In this document: one piece after another, positions 1 through 13,167 of the stretch
Layout of the letters: each line of letters begins with the position of its first letter
How positions within the stretch are numbered: position 1 is the stretch's first letter
Assembly (NCBI GenBank): GCA_951406725.2
Contig: OX597827.1
Location: 82,336,001-82,400,000 of the forward strand
Length of the DNA stretch: 64,000 nt
Direction: 5' to 3'
Source: Octopus vulgaris
Taxonomy: Eukaryota
Notes under the pieces: generated by a model
What the model was told of the DNA's origin: nothing
Seen by the model: the letters and a program-made list of their open reading frames with translations, nothing else
Database searches by the model: none
Made by a program: the position numbers and the translations under genes

Positions 1-164
1 CACTCATATATATACACACACTCTGATGTGTCATGCATGCATACATGCAGTCACATGTGTCAAATATACATACATGCACAGATGCAATCTTACATGTCAC
101 GTGCAGGCACACACATTCACACACGCATTCTTATATGCCACACACACACACACACACATATATT

Positions 165-260
165 AGGTGGTTGCGTGGTAAGGAGCTTGCTTCTCATCCA
201 AATGGTTCCAGGTTCAATCCTTCTGCATGGCACCTTGAGCAAGTGTTTTCTATTATACCA
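165..260 (+). mobile_element. tRNA-derived SINE head fragment
   Basis: GTGGTAAG A-box-like and GGTTCAATCC B-box followed by GGCACCTTGAGCAAGTG, matching the full-length copy at 21597-21989. Confidence 0.7.
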
Positions 261-1199
261 TGTTAACAACAAGAAAAACACATTGGATAGTGTAGCCTTA
301 GTTACATTGAAGCAAACACATGATGGTCACAGTTGGAAAGCCATTGACCACAGGTCTGCCAAAACAGGGATTACTTGGGGTTACACAACAACAACCACAA
401 CAACGACCCAATCTGGATCTCAGCTACATTGAAGTCAGAGCGGCAAAAACCTAAAATTACAGTTATTATAAAACTAATACTAACACGAAAGCCAATAACA
501 GTGTGGCAAACAGTAATAATTATAATAATAATTGCTGTAATACTACTAATTGATAACAACAACAACAATAGTAACAGTGAAACAAAATCCTGGACTTGGT
601 TAAAAAAAGGGCAATTAAAAAAAGAAACAGAGCCTAATTGTAGCAGCCCAAGATCAAGCAATGAAGACAAACAACTTGAGGAAAGAATATATATGGAGAG
701 AATGTGTCAGAAAAAGGTAGAGCCTGCAGAATTTGGAATGTGACAGTCGTACACATTGTGGCAGAATGCCCCAAGTTGGTACTGGAAGAATATAAGAAAT
801 GGAGGCACGACCAGGTTGTAAAAGTTTTACACTGGAAACTGTACCAGAAATGGGGATTTGAAGTTGGAAACACATGATACCATCATTGAGTCAAAAGAGT
901 ACTGGAGTTGGAGAAATGTAAGATTTTGTGGACTTTCCTATTCAGTAAATAATAGACCAGACATAACAATTATAGATAAGGAAAAGCAAACTTGCTTCAT
1001 GATCGACCCATCATACCTGTTTGATTCCAGGATTGTAAAGAAAGAAGAAAAACAAAAACATGCAATCCCTTAAAATTTGAAATAGAAAAAATTTGGAGCA
1101 TGAGAACAGTAAAGGTCATACAGTTCTATATTTAAGAGATGAGGAATTGTGTACATTATTTACATTTGACAGATATTTGTCCTCATCTTGTTTGTTATT

Positions 1200-1245
1200 A
1201 ACACAACTTTTCAGCTGATATACCCTCCTGCCTTCATCAGGTGTC
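1200..1245 (-). ncRNA. Minimal type-I hammerhead ribozyme motif (left-arm copy, mutated)
   Basis: Minus strand GACAC-CTGATGA-A-GGCAGG..TCAGCT-GAAAA-GTT-GTGTT. Confidence 0.65.
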
Positions 1246-1294
1246 TTGGCAAAATTTTGAACCTGGGTTGTTATTCCTAAGGTATTTTTTGATG

Positions 1295-1338
<44 letters not shown>

Positions 1339-1515
1339 GTCATCATCATCATCATCATCATTATTGTTCAGGTCACTGCTTGGAATCAAACTTGGCATCT
1401 TGGAGTTAGTAGCCTGTGCTCTTAACCACTGCACCATATGCCCATGGGCATATAGCGTAAGGGTTAAGAGTGCGGGCTACTAACCTTAAGATTCCATATT
1501 CGATTCCAAGCAGTG

Positions 1516-1549
<34 letters not shown>

Positions 1550-1598
1550 CATTGAAAAATACCTTAGGAATAAGAACCCAGGTTTGAAATTTCCCCAA

Positions 1599-1644
1599 GA
1601 CACCTGATGAAGGCTGGAGGGTATATCAGCTGAAACATTGTGTT
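1599..1644 (+). ncRNA. Minimal type-I hammerhead ribozyme motif (right-arm copy, mutated)
   Basis: GACAC-CTGATGA-A-GGCTG..CAGCT-GAAAC-ATT-GTGTT; stem I GACAC/GTGTT, stem II GGCTG/CAGCT; two-arm consensus GAAACGTT. Confidence 0.7.
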
Positions 1645-1964
1645 AACAACAAACAAGATGAGGACAAATATCTGTCAAATGTAAATAATGTAAATAAAGT
1701 AAAGGTCAAGCCTCAAATAATCAGTGCGTTGGGGACAGTAAATAAAGCTATAGACAAATGGTTGAAAGAGATTGAATTAGAATGCCTGGTAGAGCTCCTA
1801 CAAAAAGTTGGTCTGTCAGGGACAGTAAGGATTATCAGAAGGGTTCTAAGCACTTGAAAGACAGCTGAAAACCTGTGGATACCTAAAGTTACAGGCAGTA
1901 AACTGCTATCCACATAATCCTTATCAGGAATAACACCCAACCTGAGAGAAACCAAAATAATAAT

Positions 1965-2385
1965 AATCCTTTCTGTTATAAGCACAAGGCCTGAAATTTT
2001 GAGGGAGGGGGTAAGTCGATTACATCAACCCCAGTACTTAACTGGTACTTATATTATTGACCCCCAAAAGGATGAAAAGCAAAGTCGACCTTGGCAGAAT
2101 TTGAACTCAGAGCATAAAAACAGATGAGATGCTGCTGTCCATTTTGCCCAGCTTGCTAATGATTCTGTCTTGGTTTCGTATTTGGGACACAAGGCCAGAA
2201 ATTCTGGGGTGGGGGCCAAGTCAGTTACATTGCCCCTAGTGCTCAACTGCTAATTATTTTATTGACCCCAAAAATATGAAAGGTAAAGTCAACCTTGGTG
2301 GAATTTAAAACTCAGAACATAAAGATAGACAAAATGCCATTAAGCTATTTGCCCAGGCTGCAACTAATTCTGCCAGCTTGATGTA
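1965..2385 (-). mobile_element. Two tandem copies of a tRNA-related SINE
   Basis: Repeated CACAAGGCC..ACCCCAGT..ACTGGTACTTAT..AAAGTCGACCTTGGCAGAATTTGAACTCAG..ATTCTGCC; related copies at ~3340-3490, 4085-4250, 11150-11525 and 46030-46190. Confidence 0.7.
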
Positions 2386-2388
2386 GTT

Positions 2389-3330
2389 TACAAGGTGTTT
2401 ACCAGAAGATTTGAGACATTTTCAGGAGTGACATTTATTAATTTCAAATAAATACAAAACTCTGATCCCCTTCAAAGTATGATCCTCTGACTTCAAAGCA
2501 CTTGTAGCACTCCAGCTACTTCATGAAGGCCCCATGGAAGTTGTCCAAAGGGAAGGTGTCTAGGACCCTTGTCACAGCCTCCTTCATCTTCACAATATCT
2601 TCAAACCAAGCTGTTGCTGAGGTTTTCTTTCAACTTGGAGAACAACCAAAAGTCAGAGAGAGCAAGTCTTGACTGTAGGAATGGTAAGGGACAGTTTTGA
2701 TGCCCACCTCTGTCAAGTAGGGGTTACCAGGATGGAATTGGGGACTAGTGCATTGTCCTGGTGCTGGTACCACCAACCTAAGTGGAAGAGTTCTGACCTT
2801 TTGTACCAAAATCTCTTCCTGAACCCTCTCAAAACCTCCACAAACCACAATTTGTTGATCGTTTGACCAGTGGGAACCCAGTGGATTTAGATGATGCTGT
2901 CAAATAAGGGGATCATCATGAGCTTCCTAGGTGGACTTGCTTTTCCTGGTCTTCTTGGGTCTGGGGCAGCCAGGATGCGTCCATTGGACATTATATCTCT
3001 TGACATTTGGATCATAATAATAGAGCCAGCTGACATCGTAGGTCACCAGAGATTGAAGAACCCTTAGAGTGGAGATAATGAGCTCAACCATCTCCTGTTG
3101 TCCCCAATGCGTCTTTCCTTCTGTTCATCGCTGAGTACCTTTGGAACAAACTCTGCTCAAATTTCACACATGGTCAGATCTTTCTGAATAATTCTGTGTA
3201 CAGTTGCTGTACCAATTCCAAACTGTTGGCTTATTGTCTTTACAGACACATGATGGTCTTCATCCAGAAGATTGCAAATTCTCTCCACCACCTCTGGTGT
3301 CCTTCCCTCCCACACCTAACCTCTTAAGAA
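2389..3330 (-). mobile_element. Degenerate mariner (DD34D-type) transposon remnant
   Basis: Minus strand LVTYDVSWLYYYDP (TGDE-W-Y-YDP motif), TVPYHSYSQDL (HPPYSPDL), C-terminal CFEVRGSYFEG; many stops and frameshifts. Confidence 0.75.
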
Positions 3331-4289
3331 GTCTCATAACTTCTGGAATGCACCTTCTACTTTATCAGCCCCAAAATGATGAAAGGCAATGTTGACCACA
3401 GCAGAATTTGAACCCTAAATGTTAAGAGCCAGAAGAAATGCTGCCAAATGTTTTATCAAACACGCTAAGAATTCTGGTAGTTTGCCATCTTAATAATAGT
3501 TCTCAGTATCTCAGGAAGCTGGATGTGACCTGGTGTGAAGGACACACATTCCAAGTGTAAACCATCTGTGTAGGGGACCATTTGATAATAAGAGTAACAA
3601 CAGTTATAATTGTAATTCTAGTAGATATGGTACTAACAATACCAACAGGGTGGTGTGAATACTAGTGGTGGGGGTGGTAGTGTACATGTGAGGTGGTGTG
3701 AGTGACAGTGGAGCAGGAGGCTGGGGGAAGGTAGAGTTGGATGTCATTAAATATCCCAGCTGTTTTGGTGATACTGATGATGATGGTGGTGGGGGTGATA
3801 ATAGCAGTAACGGTCATGGAAGTGGTGGTGGTGGTGGCGGCAGTGACAATGTTGTTATTGTTGTTGTTGTTGGTAGTCGTGTTAGTGATGGTGTTGGTGG
3901 TGGTGGTCATATATTAACTTCCAGTCATGAAATCGATTGGCATGGCGTCTATATAAATCGGTGACACTGATCAGAATAAACACCACCACATCACATCAAA
4001 GACTCACAGTAGTTTAGTCCCGTTTTTATAGATTCAGGACAGATATGATGACAGTTAGCAATAGCTTCCTGGTCTGAGACAGCAACCTGCCAGAATCGGA
4101 AAGATGCTGGGCAAAGCGCTTAGCAGCAGTTCATCCATCTTTAGGTTATGAGTTCAAATTCCACTGCGGTCCACTTTCCCTTTCAAGCCTTTTTGGCTCA
4201 ATGAAATAAGAACCAATCAAGAAGCAAACCTACTGGCCTTGTGCCTATAATGGGAAACCAATCTATTCCAAGTCTCTCATGTACTTTGA

Positions 4290-4357
4290 TTGGTCACTGG
4301 CAGAAAGTCGACTCTTGGTCACTGGCAGAAAGTCGACTCTTGGTCACTGGCAGAAAG
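4290..4357. repeat. 25-bp tandem repeat x2.7
   Basis: TTGGTCACTGGCAGAAAGTCGACTC repeated. Confidence 0.9.
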
Positions 4358-4568
4358 GAGACAGACAATTGGTCAGTTAGCAAATTTACAGAAGAATGAA
4401 ATCTGATTGGTCGAACTCTGCAGCAACATTACTCAACTGCCCACCAGCATACATGCACTCATATATTATGTGAGTGTCTCTGTATAGGTATACAAATTTG
4501 TGTGTATGTATGCGTGTGTGTGTATATATATATATATATATTTATACATATACACACACACACACTTA

Positions 4569-4606
<38 letters not shown>

Positions 4607-4611
4607 AATAC

Positions 4612-4920
4612 ATCATCATTTAATGTCTGTGTTCCATGCTAGCATGGGTGGGATAGTACCAAAAGAGCCAACCAGGCCAAAGCCTGCACCAGACTTCTGT
4701 AACTGTTTTGGCAGGATTCTTACAGCTGGATGCCCCTCCTAACACCAACCCCTCAGTAGAGTGGACTTGGTGCTCTTTACGTGGCACAAGCACAGGCAAG
4801 GTCAGTTTTGGCAAGGTTTTTACGGCTGGATATCCTTCTGAACACCAACCACTTTACAATGAGGACTGGATGCTTTTAAGTGGCACCTGCACTGACAGGG
4901 TCACCAAGTACTTCCAAGAC
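4612..4920 (-). mobile_element. RTE-LINE 3' end or RTE-tailed short element
   Basis: (CAT)n-TTTAATGTC..TTCCATGCTAGCATGGG..GCTGGATGCCC; the same tail is contiguous with RTE coding remnant at 33920-34705. Confidence 0.7.
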
Positions 4921-5683
4921 AAAAATTTTTAAGAGGGGAGGAGGCATAGGAGGAGGTAATGATGAAAAGGTTAGAGTGAGACAGATACAGGTGTCTTGCT
5001 GTAGAGGAAGTACAAGGTTACCTGGACAGAGAGAGAAAGATCAAGAATGAAGACAGAAACAGGTGTGCTACCACAAAGAAAATACATGGTTGCCAAACCT
5101 GAGGGAAGTGCAGGAGAAAAAGAGGGAGAAAGTGGGAGACTGCAGGATGGAGATGCGGGCATACTCACAAAGAATGGGGATCAGAGTATAAATGAGATGG
5201 CTGAGTAAAAGAAGAGATACAGATAGTGGCAAGTGCAAGGGTATAGCCTTGAGGTTCAAATGCCGTAATATAAGCAACAGGATGTTGCAAAGGGAGTGCA
5301 ATTAAAGAGTGTGAATAAGTGGCAAAAGACCTGGGTATATATAGAGTTGGAGGGGCTATGAGATAGCAGTGATACAGAGGAACAGGGGTGTGAGGACAGG
5401 ATTGGGGTGTCAGAGCTAGGCATAGGGAATGAAGGAGGAAATGTGAGAAAGAGATGTAGATTGGTTTGTTGGGGTAGAGTAAGGGAACAGTTTTCTTGTT
5501 AAGTCTTGGTAGAACACCCAGGTCAGCAGCAAGCAGAGAGCAATGGTGCAATGGCACCAGGCCAAGGGGACATGTCATTATATGTTGTAAAAGAGTAGGG
5601 ACTTGGATTCTGAACAGGTAATTTATTAACACCCCTCCTACATGCATTGGTAAAACCTTGAACAAAGCTGTGTAGGAATGTCT

Positions 5684-5785
5684 GCCCTGGAAGAATATGT
5701 ATTGCAACGGAACCAACTAAATGCACTTAAATGCTACATCAAAGGACATCAGGGCAATTATGCAACAGAAACACGTGTAGGATTG
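5684..5785 (+). ncRNA. Degenerate hammerhead-like motif with long stem II
   Basis: CC-CTGGAAGA..TGTATTGCA...TGCAACA-GAAAC-ACGT-GTA-GG; 1-nt insertion in the CUGANGA box. Confidence 0.4.
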
Positions 5786-5854
5786 GAATACAATGGAAAT
5801 AATGATGTAATATACAAATTTTGAAGATGTATGATTTTCTATTCTTCTTTATGA

Positions 5855-6830
<976 letters not shown>

Positions 6831-7539
6831 ACTCATACATTTATGTTTGCAGGCATGTATATCTGTAGGTGCATATGCCTTCATGCACATATTTATGTAT
6901 GTATACAGATGTATATGTATGCATGAACGAAGCACACACAGTCACACACACACATACGTGCATGCACATACATACAGAGACGGAGGCATGTATACATACC
7001 TCAATAAGCCTGCAGGGTAAACTGCTGTATGTATATGCGTGTATAATATTTGACAGTGGAGACTAATAATAAATGAGAAGCAAGGATTTGAACTAAGCTC
7101 CAGGCTATTTCTGTCGGAAGTCATTGGTCTATGTTGTAAGGGGTTGGGCGAGTGAAGGGAAAGGGTTTAGGGGTGAAGTGGGGACAGGGTGGGGGATGTA
7201 ACAATAACAACAGAATATCAATCATATATTAATTTAAGGGGGAGGAGAAGGTTCTACACTCTTCCTTTCTTTTTCTCTCTCTCTCCCTTTTCTCTTTTTA
7301 GCTCTCTCTCTCTCTCTCTCTCTCTGTATATGACATGTTGATGGTGGTGGTGGTGGTTTATAAAAGGTAATTCAGTTTGCTTCTATTCAAATGTGACTAT
7401 ATATATATATGAATGCGTGTGTGTGTATATATATTATATATATATATATTATATATACACATACATACATACACACATATATATACTCACACACACACAC
7501 ACATATATATGTATGTATTTGTATGTATATATATATGTG

Positions 7540-7627
<88 letters not shown>

Positions 7628-7637
7628 TATATATATA

Positions 7638-7683
<46 letters not shown>

Positions 7684-7734
7684 CATACACACACACACAC
7701 ACACATGCACGCACACACATACATACATATACAC

Positions 7735-8860
7735 ATGGTGAGGAAGCAAAACTTGCAGAATTGCTGTAACATTTGAAACTCTCTCATTGCACATTTGTAG
7801 GTTTAGTAATTCAAAAACAGGTTAAAAAACATTCAAATATTATTACAAAACAAAGAATTTAATCTATGTGGCTTCCATTGTTTGCAATTATGACCTCCAC
7901 AACTCTTCACCATGAAGTCACTGGACATCCTTGCCCACTTTTAGAGAGTTGATGTTGGGGTGGGAACTTTTGTTGGTGGTATGCTCCTCAGCAAAGTCCA
8001 GAAGGCTGAGATCCAGGCTGGAAGAGAATCAGAAGTCCACAGGTCAGAAAGCAACAAATATGAATTCTCAGAAATTCTGTACCTTCTTAGAAGTATGGAT
8101 GGGAGCTACATCTTGGGTCCACACATAGTTCTTCTCTGGGAAATTGGCCTTAAGCCATGGTAAGACATGGTACATCTGTGTCTTGTAGCAGGCATCAGCA
8201 CCCACCTTTTCTCCAGGCTTGTAGAAGTAGATGGGCATCTTTCTTCCAGCATAGGGCACAACATCAAAGGCTATGACCAGGGATGGATGTTTTGTTCTGA
8301 AGGTGCCCCTGACATCAGCTGTTGACTCCGCAATGTACTAGTCATTTCTGTGGTTCACAATGGTATCTCCTGTGAAGATCTTTCCATTAGAGAAAGTCTT
8401 CACAGTGGACCCGTTCTTCTTGAGGTATGTAAAAATCTTTACACATCTCTCCAGTCTTCTAACCTTCATAGGTTCTGTCAGCTGGTGTCTTGATGTTCTA
8501 GTGTAGAACTTGAGGCCCAGCTGTTCTGATGATCTTGGAATCCACTTCAAATTTAGAAGCCAACTTCTTCATGGATGCGGTTGCGTCCATATAAATTTTG
8601 GACTCGACAGTGTTGATAAAATCTTAATTCTGCTTCTTGTTGGCTCCACCACTGCCAGTCTTCCTCAGAATACTATTGGCCACATCCATTCTCATTTCAA
8701 TGTTATAAACTATATGTAAGGATATTCTGACTGTGCTTGAGATCCTCTTCGGATCGACTTGTGCGTTGGACCAAATCTCACACTCTTTTGTGTTTGTCTT
8801 CCTGTGCAATCATATTCTGCAATACTTCAGTTCTTCCATTTTAATGGTTCCCTAGCCCGT
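7735..8860 (-). mobile_element. Tc1/mariner DD37D (maT) transposon remnant
   Basis: TFSNGKIFT, VWTQD..SLDLSLLD with 37 residues counted between the second and third Asp; internal stops. Confidence 0.8.
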
Positions 8861-10608
8861 AACAGAGATGTTAAGGGCAAACAATACATGGCATCGACTG
8901 CATGACAATGATGTCCTTCTCACAGACAAATCAGTCCAAACATTAGAGAAAAATTCCAATTCCAAATCTGGATTCAATGACTCTTAGAATAATTGAGTGT
9001 CTTAAGTTAAAAAGGAATAACACAGGCTTCTGCTGTCCTTTATGAAGTGGCCATGCTCAATACTGCAAAGAGGTTTTAGTAGGAATTCTAGACTGTATTC
9101 CCAGTGTAAATTACAGGCACCCAAGAGATTTCTTAAGATGAGAAGCAGACTAACAGAGAAGGGTGTCATATGCTGCAGATGCACAGCATTTAGCAATAAG
9201 AGCACACATGAAATGAATGCTTTCAATCGTTCAGAAGGATCTCTACAAATACATGACAGTTTCTGTTAACTAGATGACGTAATAAGTAGTAGAAGAGGAA
9301 TGTGTAGTCTTAGTTCTATCTTGAGCCTACAAACCCATTAGATCAGGGCCCATTGCAGCTTCTATGGAAAGTAAATTAGCAAGTCTGATGGGTTAACCCT
9401 CATTTTAAAGCTGGGACAACATGAAATAAATAGTTTTGTTTAGAAATACATTGTACTGCCTGGAGTGCGAATTGAAATCACAACCATACAATCAAGTGTC
9501 CAACACCTTGACCATTAGGCCACACTCTTTCATGCTCAACACATGTCAAGCCTGCCATCCAGCATTACTCTGAGTTGTGGCATTCTGGGTGTCTGTTTGT
9601 ATGGATAAATTATATCTTTGCACAAGTGTATGTATATACATATATACATTGTGTGTGTGTGTGTATTTAACACACCCACCCACCCACCCACCTACACATT
9701 CACATCATGGTACACCAATTCTATCTCCTCACCTTGTCTTTCACCACCTTTCAATCTAATCATCTTTATACTGCTCCTCTTAAACTCACACACACACACA
9801 CATAGTTGTGTGGGTATGGATTGATGGTAGCGTGGGAGGTCAGGGGTTGTTGTGGCAATCAGGGCAGCAGCAGTGGTGTTGGCAGTGGTGGTGGTGGTGG
9901 TGGTGGTGGTGGTGGTTCTGGTGGAGTACCTGAGATCATGAAGGGCATAGAGAAAGACAATTAAAAATAGAAAAAGACAGAAAGAGGGAAGTTGAGAAAG
10001 AAGGAAAGAAAGAAAGAAAAGAAAGAGTATGGGTGAAAAAGAGAAAGAAAGAGATTGAGTAGGAGAGAGAGTGTGAGAAAGGGAGAGAGAGATTAAGTGA
10101 GTTGGGGAGAGAGAGAGAGAGTGAGTGTTTATAAATTGGCTCTCTTGGAATATATCTATATATATTGATCAGCTGCAATATAAATTCTGGCAGAATTATG
10201 GTGGTTTGCAGTGTATTCAGCGGGGACTTTGGTAGGAATCTCAAACATAATATAATAGTGGAGAACTAATAGTATTGGCACCAGTCCAAATTCTTGCTTA
10301 GAACACTCAAGACATGGAAGCACAATGTTGAAGGTACGGACATTTTCTTGTAAAGATTTTCTCCTTGAAATATTCAAGGATTCTTTTTAACGACAATTTG
10401 GTCATTATTCCCTCATTACAAGAATGAACTCCGATACATCTACATGGGGTTTTTGAAGAAACTTTGAATCATTTTCATTAAATTCTTGTATCAGTGGAGA
10501 ATTTCCTAAAGATTTTCAAAGAATAAATGGTTCAGTAACATTTTGAGAACAACCAACAATTTAGGTGTATTTTTATTGTTTAAGCTCTAAATTCATAAAA
10601 TGCTGAGC

Positions 10609-10673
<65 letters not shown>

Positions 10674-10726
10674 TAATAATAATATAATAATGATAATGAT
10701 GGTAATAACAATATATAATATATAAT

Positions 10727-10786
<60 letters not shown>

Positions 10787-10868
10787 TATAATAATGATAA
10801 TGATGATAATAATGATATATAATATATAATTATATAAAAATAATATATAATAATAATAATAATAATAA
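10609..10868. repeat. (AAT)n compound microsatellite
   Basis: Seen directly. Confidence 0.95.
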
Positions 10869-11045
10869 CTTAGCCAAAGCAGTGAAGAGAACTAAGATGA
10901 CAGTTATTCCTGCAGTAATTGGTGCTCTTGGCACAACACCCAAACTGCTGCCAAAGAGGCAGAAGGATTTTGGAAAAGGGATTTGCATTGTTGACCTGCA
11001 GAAAAGTGCAATCCTGTATTCTGCAGGAATCGTAAGAAAAGCAAA
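10869..11045 (+). mobile_element. 5'-truncated R4/Dong-type C-terminal fragment
   Basis: MTVIPAVIGALGTTPK..VDLQKSAILYSAGIVRK, starting right at the end of the AAT tract. Confidence 0.65.
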
Positions 11046-11149
11046 GCCAACCTGATCGTCATTGGAACTAAAAATGTAAAGAGTTGCAAAAATATTATTA
11101 AGCTCTTACTCCTGATGTTCAAACATTTTTTTCCAATCACCACTAATAA

Positions 11150-11525
11150 TCCTTTTACCTATGGCAACAATCCTTGGAGTGGGGCTTAAGCAATTACATC
11201 AACTCTAGTGCTCAACTGGTGCTTATTTTCTCAACCATGAAAGGGTGAAAGTAAAGTTGACATTGGTGGAATTTGAACTCAGAATGCAAAGACAGAAGGC
11301 ATGCCACAAAGCATTATGTCTGGCATGCTAACCGATTCTGCCAGTTTGCTGCAAAAATAATAATAACAACAGTTTCAAATTTTGGCACAAGGCCTGCAAT
11401 TTCAGTGTTCAACTGATACTTATTTGAAAGTTGACCGCAGCAGCATTTGGACTCTGAAAATAGAGTTTAAAAAATGCTACTAAATGGTTTGTGTTATACA
11501 TTTATGATTCTGTCAGCTCTCTACC
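11150..11525 (-). mobile_element. Two SINE copies (same family as 1965-2385)
   Basis: GTGCTCAACTGGT..AAAGTTGAC..ATTTGAACTCAGAA..GATTCTGCCAG. Confidence 0.65.
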
Positions 11526-12486
11526 TGAATGATGATGATGATCATCATGAGGATGATGATGATGGTGGTCTTTTCTTTATTAGCAAGAAGAGCTTAAAGA
11601 GATACTGAAAAATTCTAAATATTCTGTCGAGGTTTACAAAGAAGATTGTGATGAATATGTTATAGAAAACCAAGAGAAGAGAGTCGAATATTTTACATAT
11701 TATATAAATAGATGAATTCAGATTTTAAAAGTGCAATTATTTTCAGAGAAAACAAATAAATTTGATAAACCACAGAATAATTAAAACAAGCTCCAATTAG
11801 AAGGAAATATAAGAGACTTCTGGTCATGTTAATGGATGATCTTACATCTTTGTCTGCCAATATTCTGATTGTTTCCTTGTCAATCCAAAAGTGCCACTCA
11901 GCAGTTTTTCAGTTGATTGTGTTTAAAAAAAAAACACACCAACATTCTAATTCTTTATAGAATGTTCTGTTTTGACTAACGACCAATCTTTTACATGTTG
12001 TCTCTATTCTACACTTAATTGTACTTGTGTTATTTTTACCTCTTTGGAACGTCCCTGGCACCAAAGATATTTCATTTTGTCACTTAATTGTCTGTTTGCT
12101 CTCCAAAGGACATTCAATCTTCATTCGTATTTTCCTGAGGAGGTCTAACGTTGTTGTTTCAAACAAATTTCTGCTCCTCTCCTCTTTTCATTGTTTTCTC
12201 TTGACTTTTCTTTTCCGAGATTATTTTTCTTTCTTTCTTCAAAGTTCTCCCTCAACAGTTTCTTTATTTTCCTCTCTTACCATTATTTCTTCCATATCAC
12301 ACACTGATGGAATGGTGCTACTGGTTGCTTCTGTTAAAAGACTAAATATTTCTTCATTTATTTGTAATACTGGTGATAAAGCTGTTTCTCCTGTCATTCC
12401 CAGACTTTTGGCCAACAGGCCTCAGGAAATAGGGACTTTTTGGTCTTTTTGCTATCTTGGCTTTTCTTCTTCTTCTTCTTCTTCTT

Positions 12487-12564
<78 letters not shown>

Positions 12565-13118
12565 GAGTGAGAGAGCAGTGCATGCCATCAAAGTGACACT
12601 GGGGTAAAATATACGAAGCCCAATATACCCATCATGACTACCCGTCTGATAAGGGTACACCAGGCACATGCATCACAACCATATGTGCACGACATGGTGA
12701 TCTCATATTAAGATAAACAGCACATGACCTTGCAGGTGGGGTCCAGTTAGAATTTTCTTCAGGTTGAGTAGCCCATCCCGCTCAAAAGGTCCCTGAATAA
12801 GGGTTGTTTAAGGATGTTGAAAGAACCACCCATGTTTCCAGAGGTGAATTATTCAAACCCCAAAGAATCCCTCTCAACACATGGCTATGATGCTCCCCCA
12901 CTACTTCTGCTCATGATCAGAGATGCACATATCGTCAGCCACTAAGGGACATGCTCAACTGGTTATGGTCAAACAACTGACAAGCAAATCTGTGGTATTG
13001 AGCAGAATATTTGCTGTAGCCCATCTTTTATACCAAGACAAAACAATGTACATGATAACACTTCCAATCAGTTAAGCTCAGAAGCCATGAGAGCCACTGC
13101 CTGGTACTGCATCAGGGC

Positions 13119-13120
<2 letters not shown>
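12565..13120 (-). mobile_element. ~555-bp non-coding element embedded in a (TTA)n tract
   Basis: Complex sequence with sharp ends, flanked on both sides by pure (TTA)n; no ORF or TIR; orientation is a guess. Confidence 0.5.

Positions 13121-13167
<47 letters not shown>

Larger units (their letters stand above)
1119..1697. mobile_element. Palindromic non-autonomous element: head-to-head tRNA-like head/(AAT)n/hammerhead units
   Basis: Arms ~1152-1444 and 1445-1693 are inverted about ATATGCCCA|TGGGCATAT; AGTAAAGGTCA duplicated at 1108-1118 and 1698-1708; ~33-nt unpaired tail at 1119-1151. Confidence 0.9.
580..1960 (+). mobile_element. Degenerate R4/Dong-clade non-LTR retrotransposon 3' part (Zn knuckle + restriction-like endonuclease), interrupted by insertion 1119-1697
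   Basis: Across frames: SWTWLKKGQLKKETE, AAQDQAMKTN, CR..VVHIVAECPKL..EYKKWRHDQVVKVLHW, NRPDITIIDK, then after the insertion IISALGTV..LLQKVGLSGTVRIIRRVL; bounded by AAT/AAC repeats. Confidence 0.8.

Noticed and set aside
1446-1515. tRNA gene
   Set aside because: No acceptor-stem closure; it is the head of a repeat
4205-4415. Cluster of CCAAT/ATTGG boxes as a promoter
   Set aside because: Partly inside SINE and tandem repeat; no downstream exon seen
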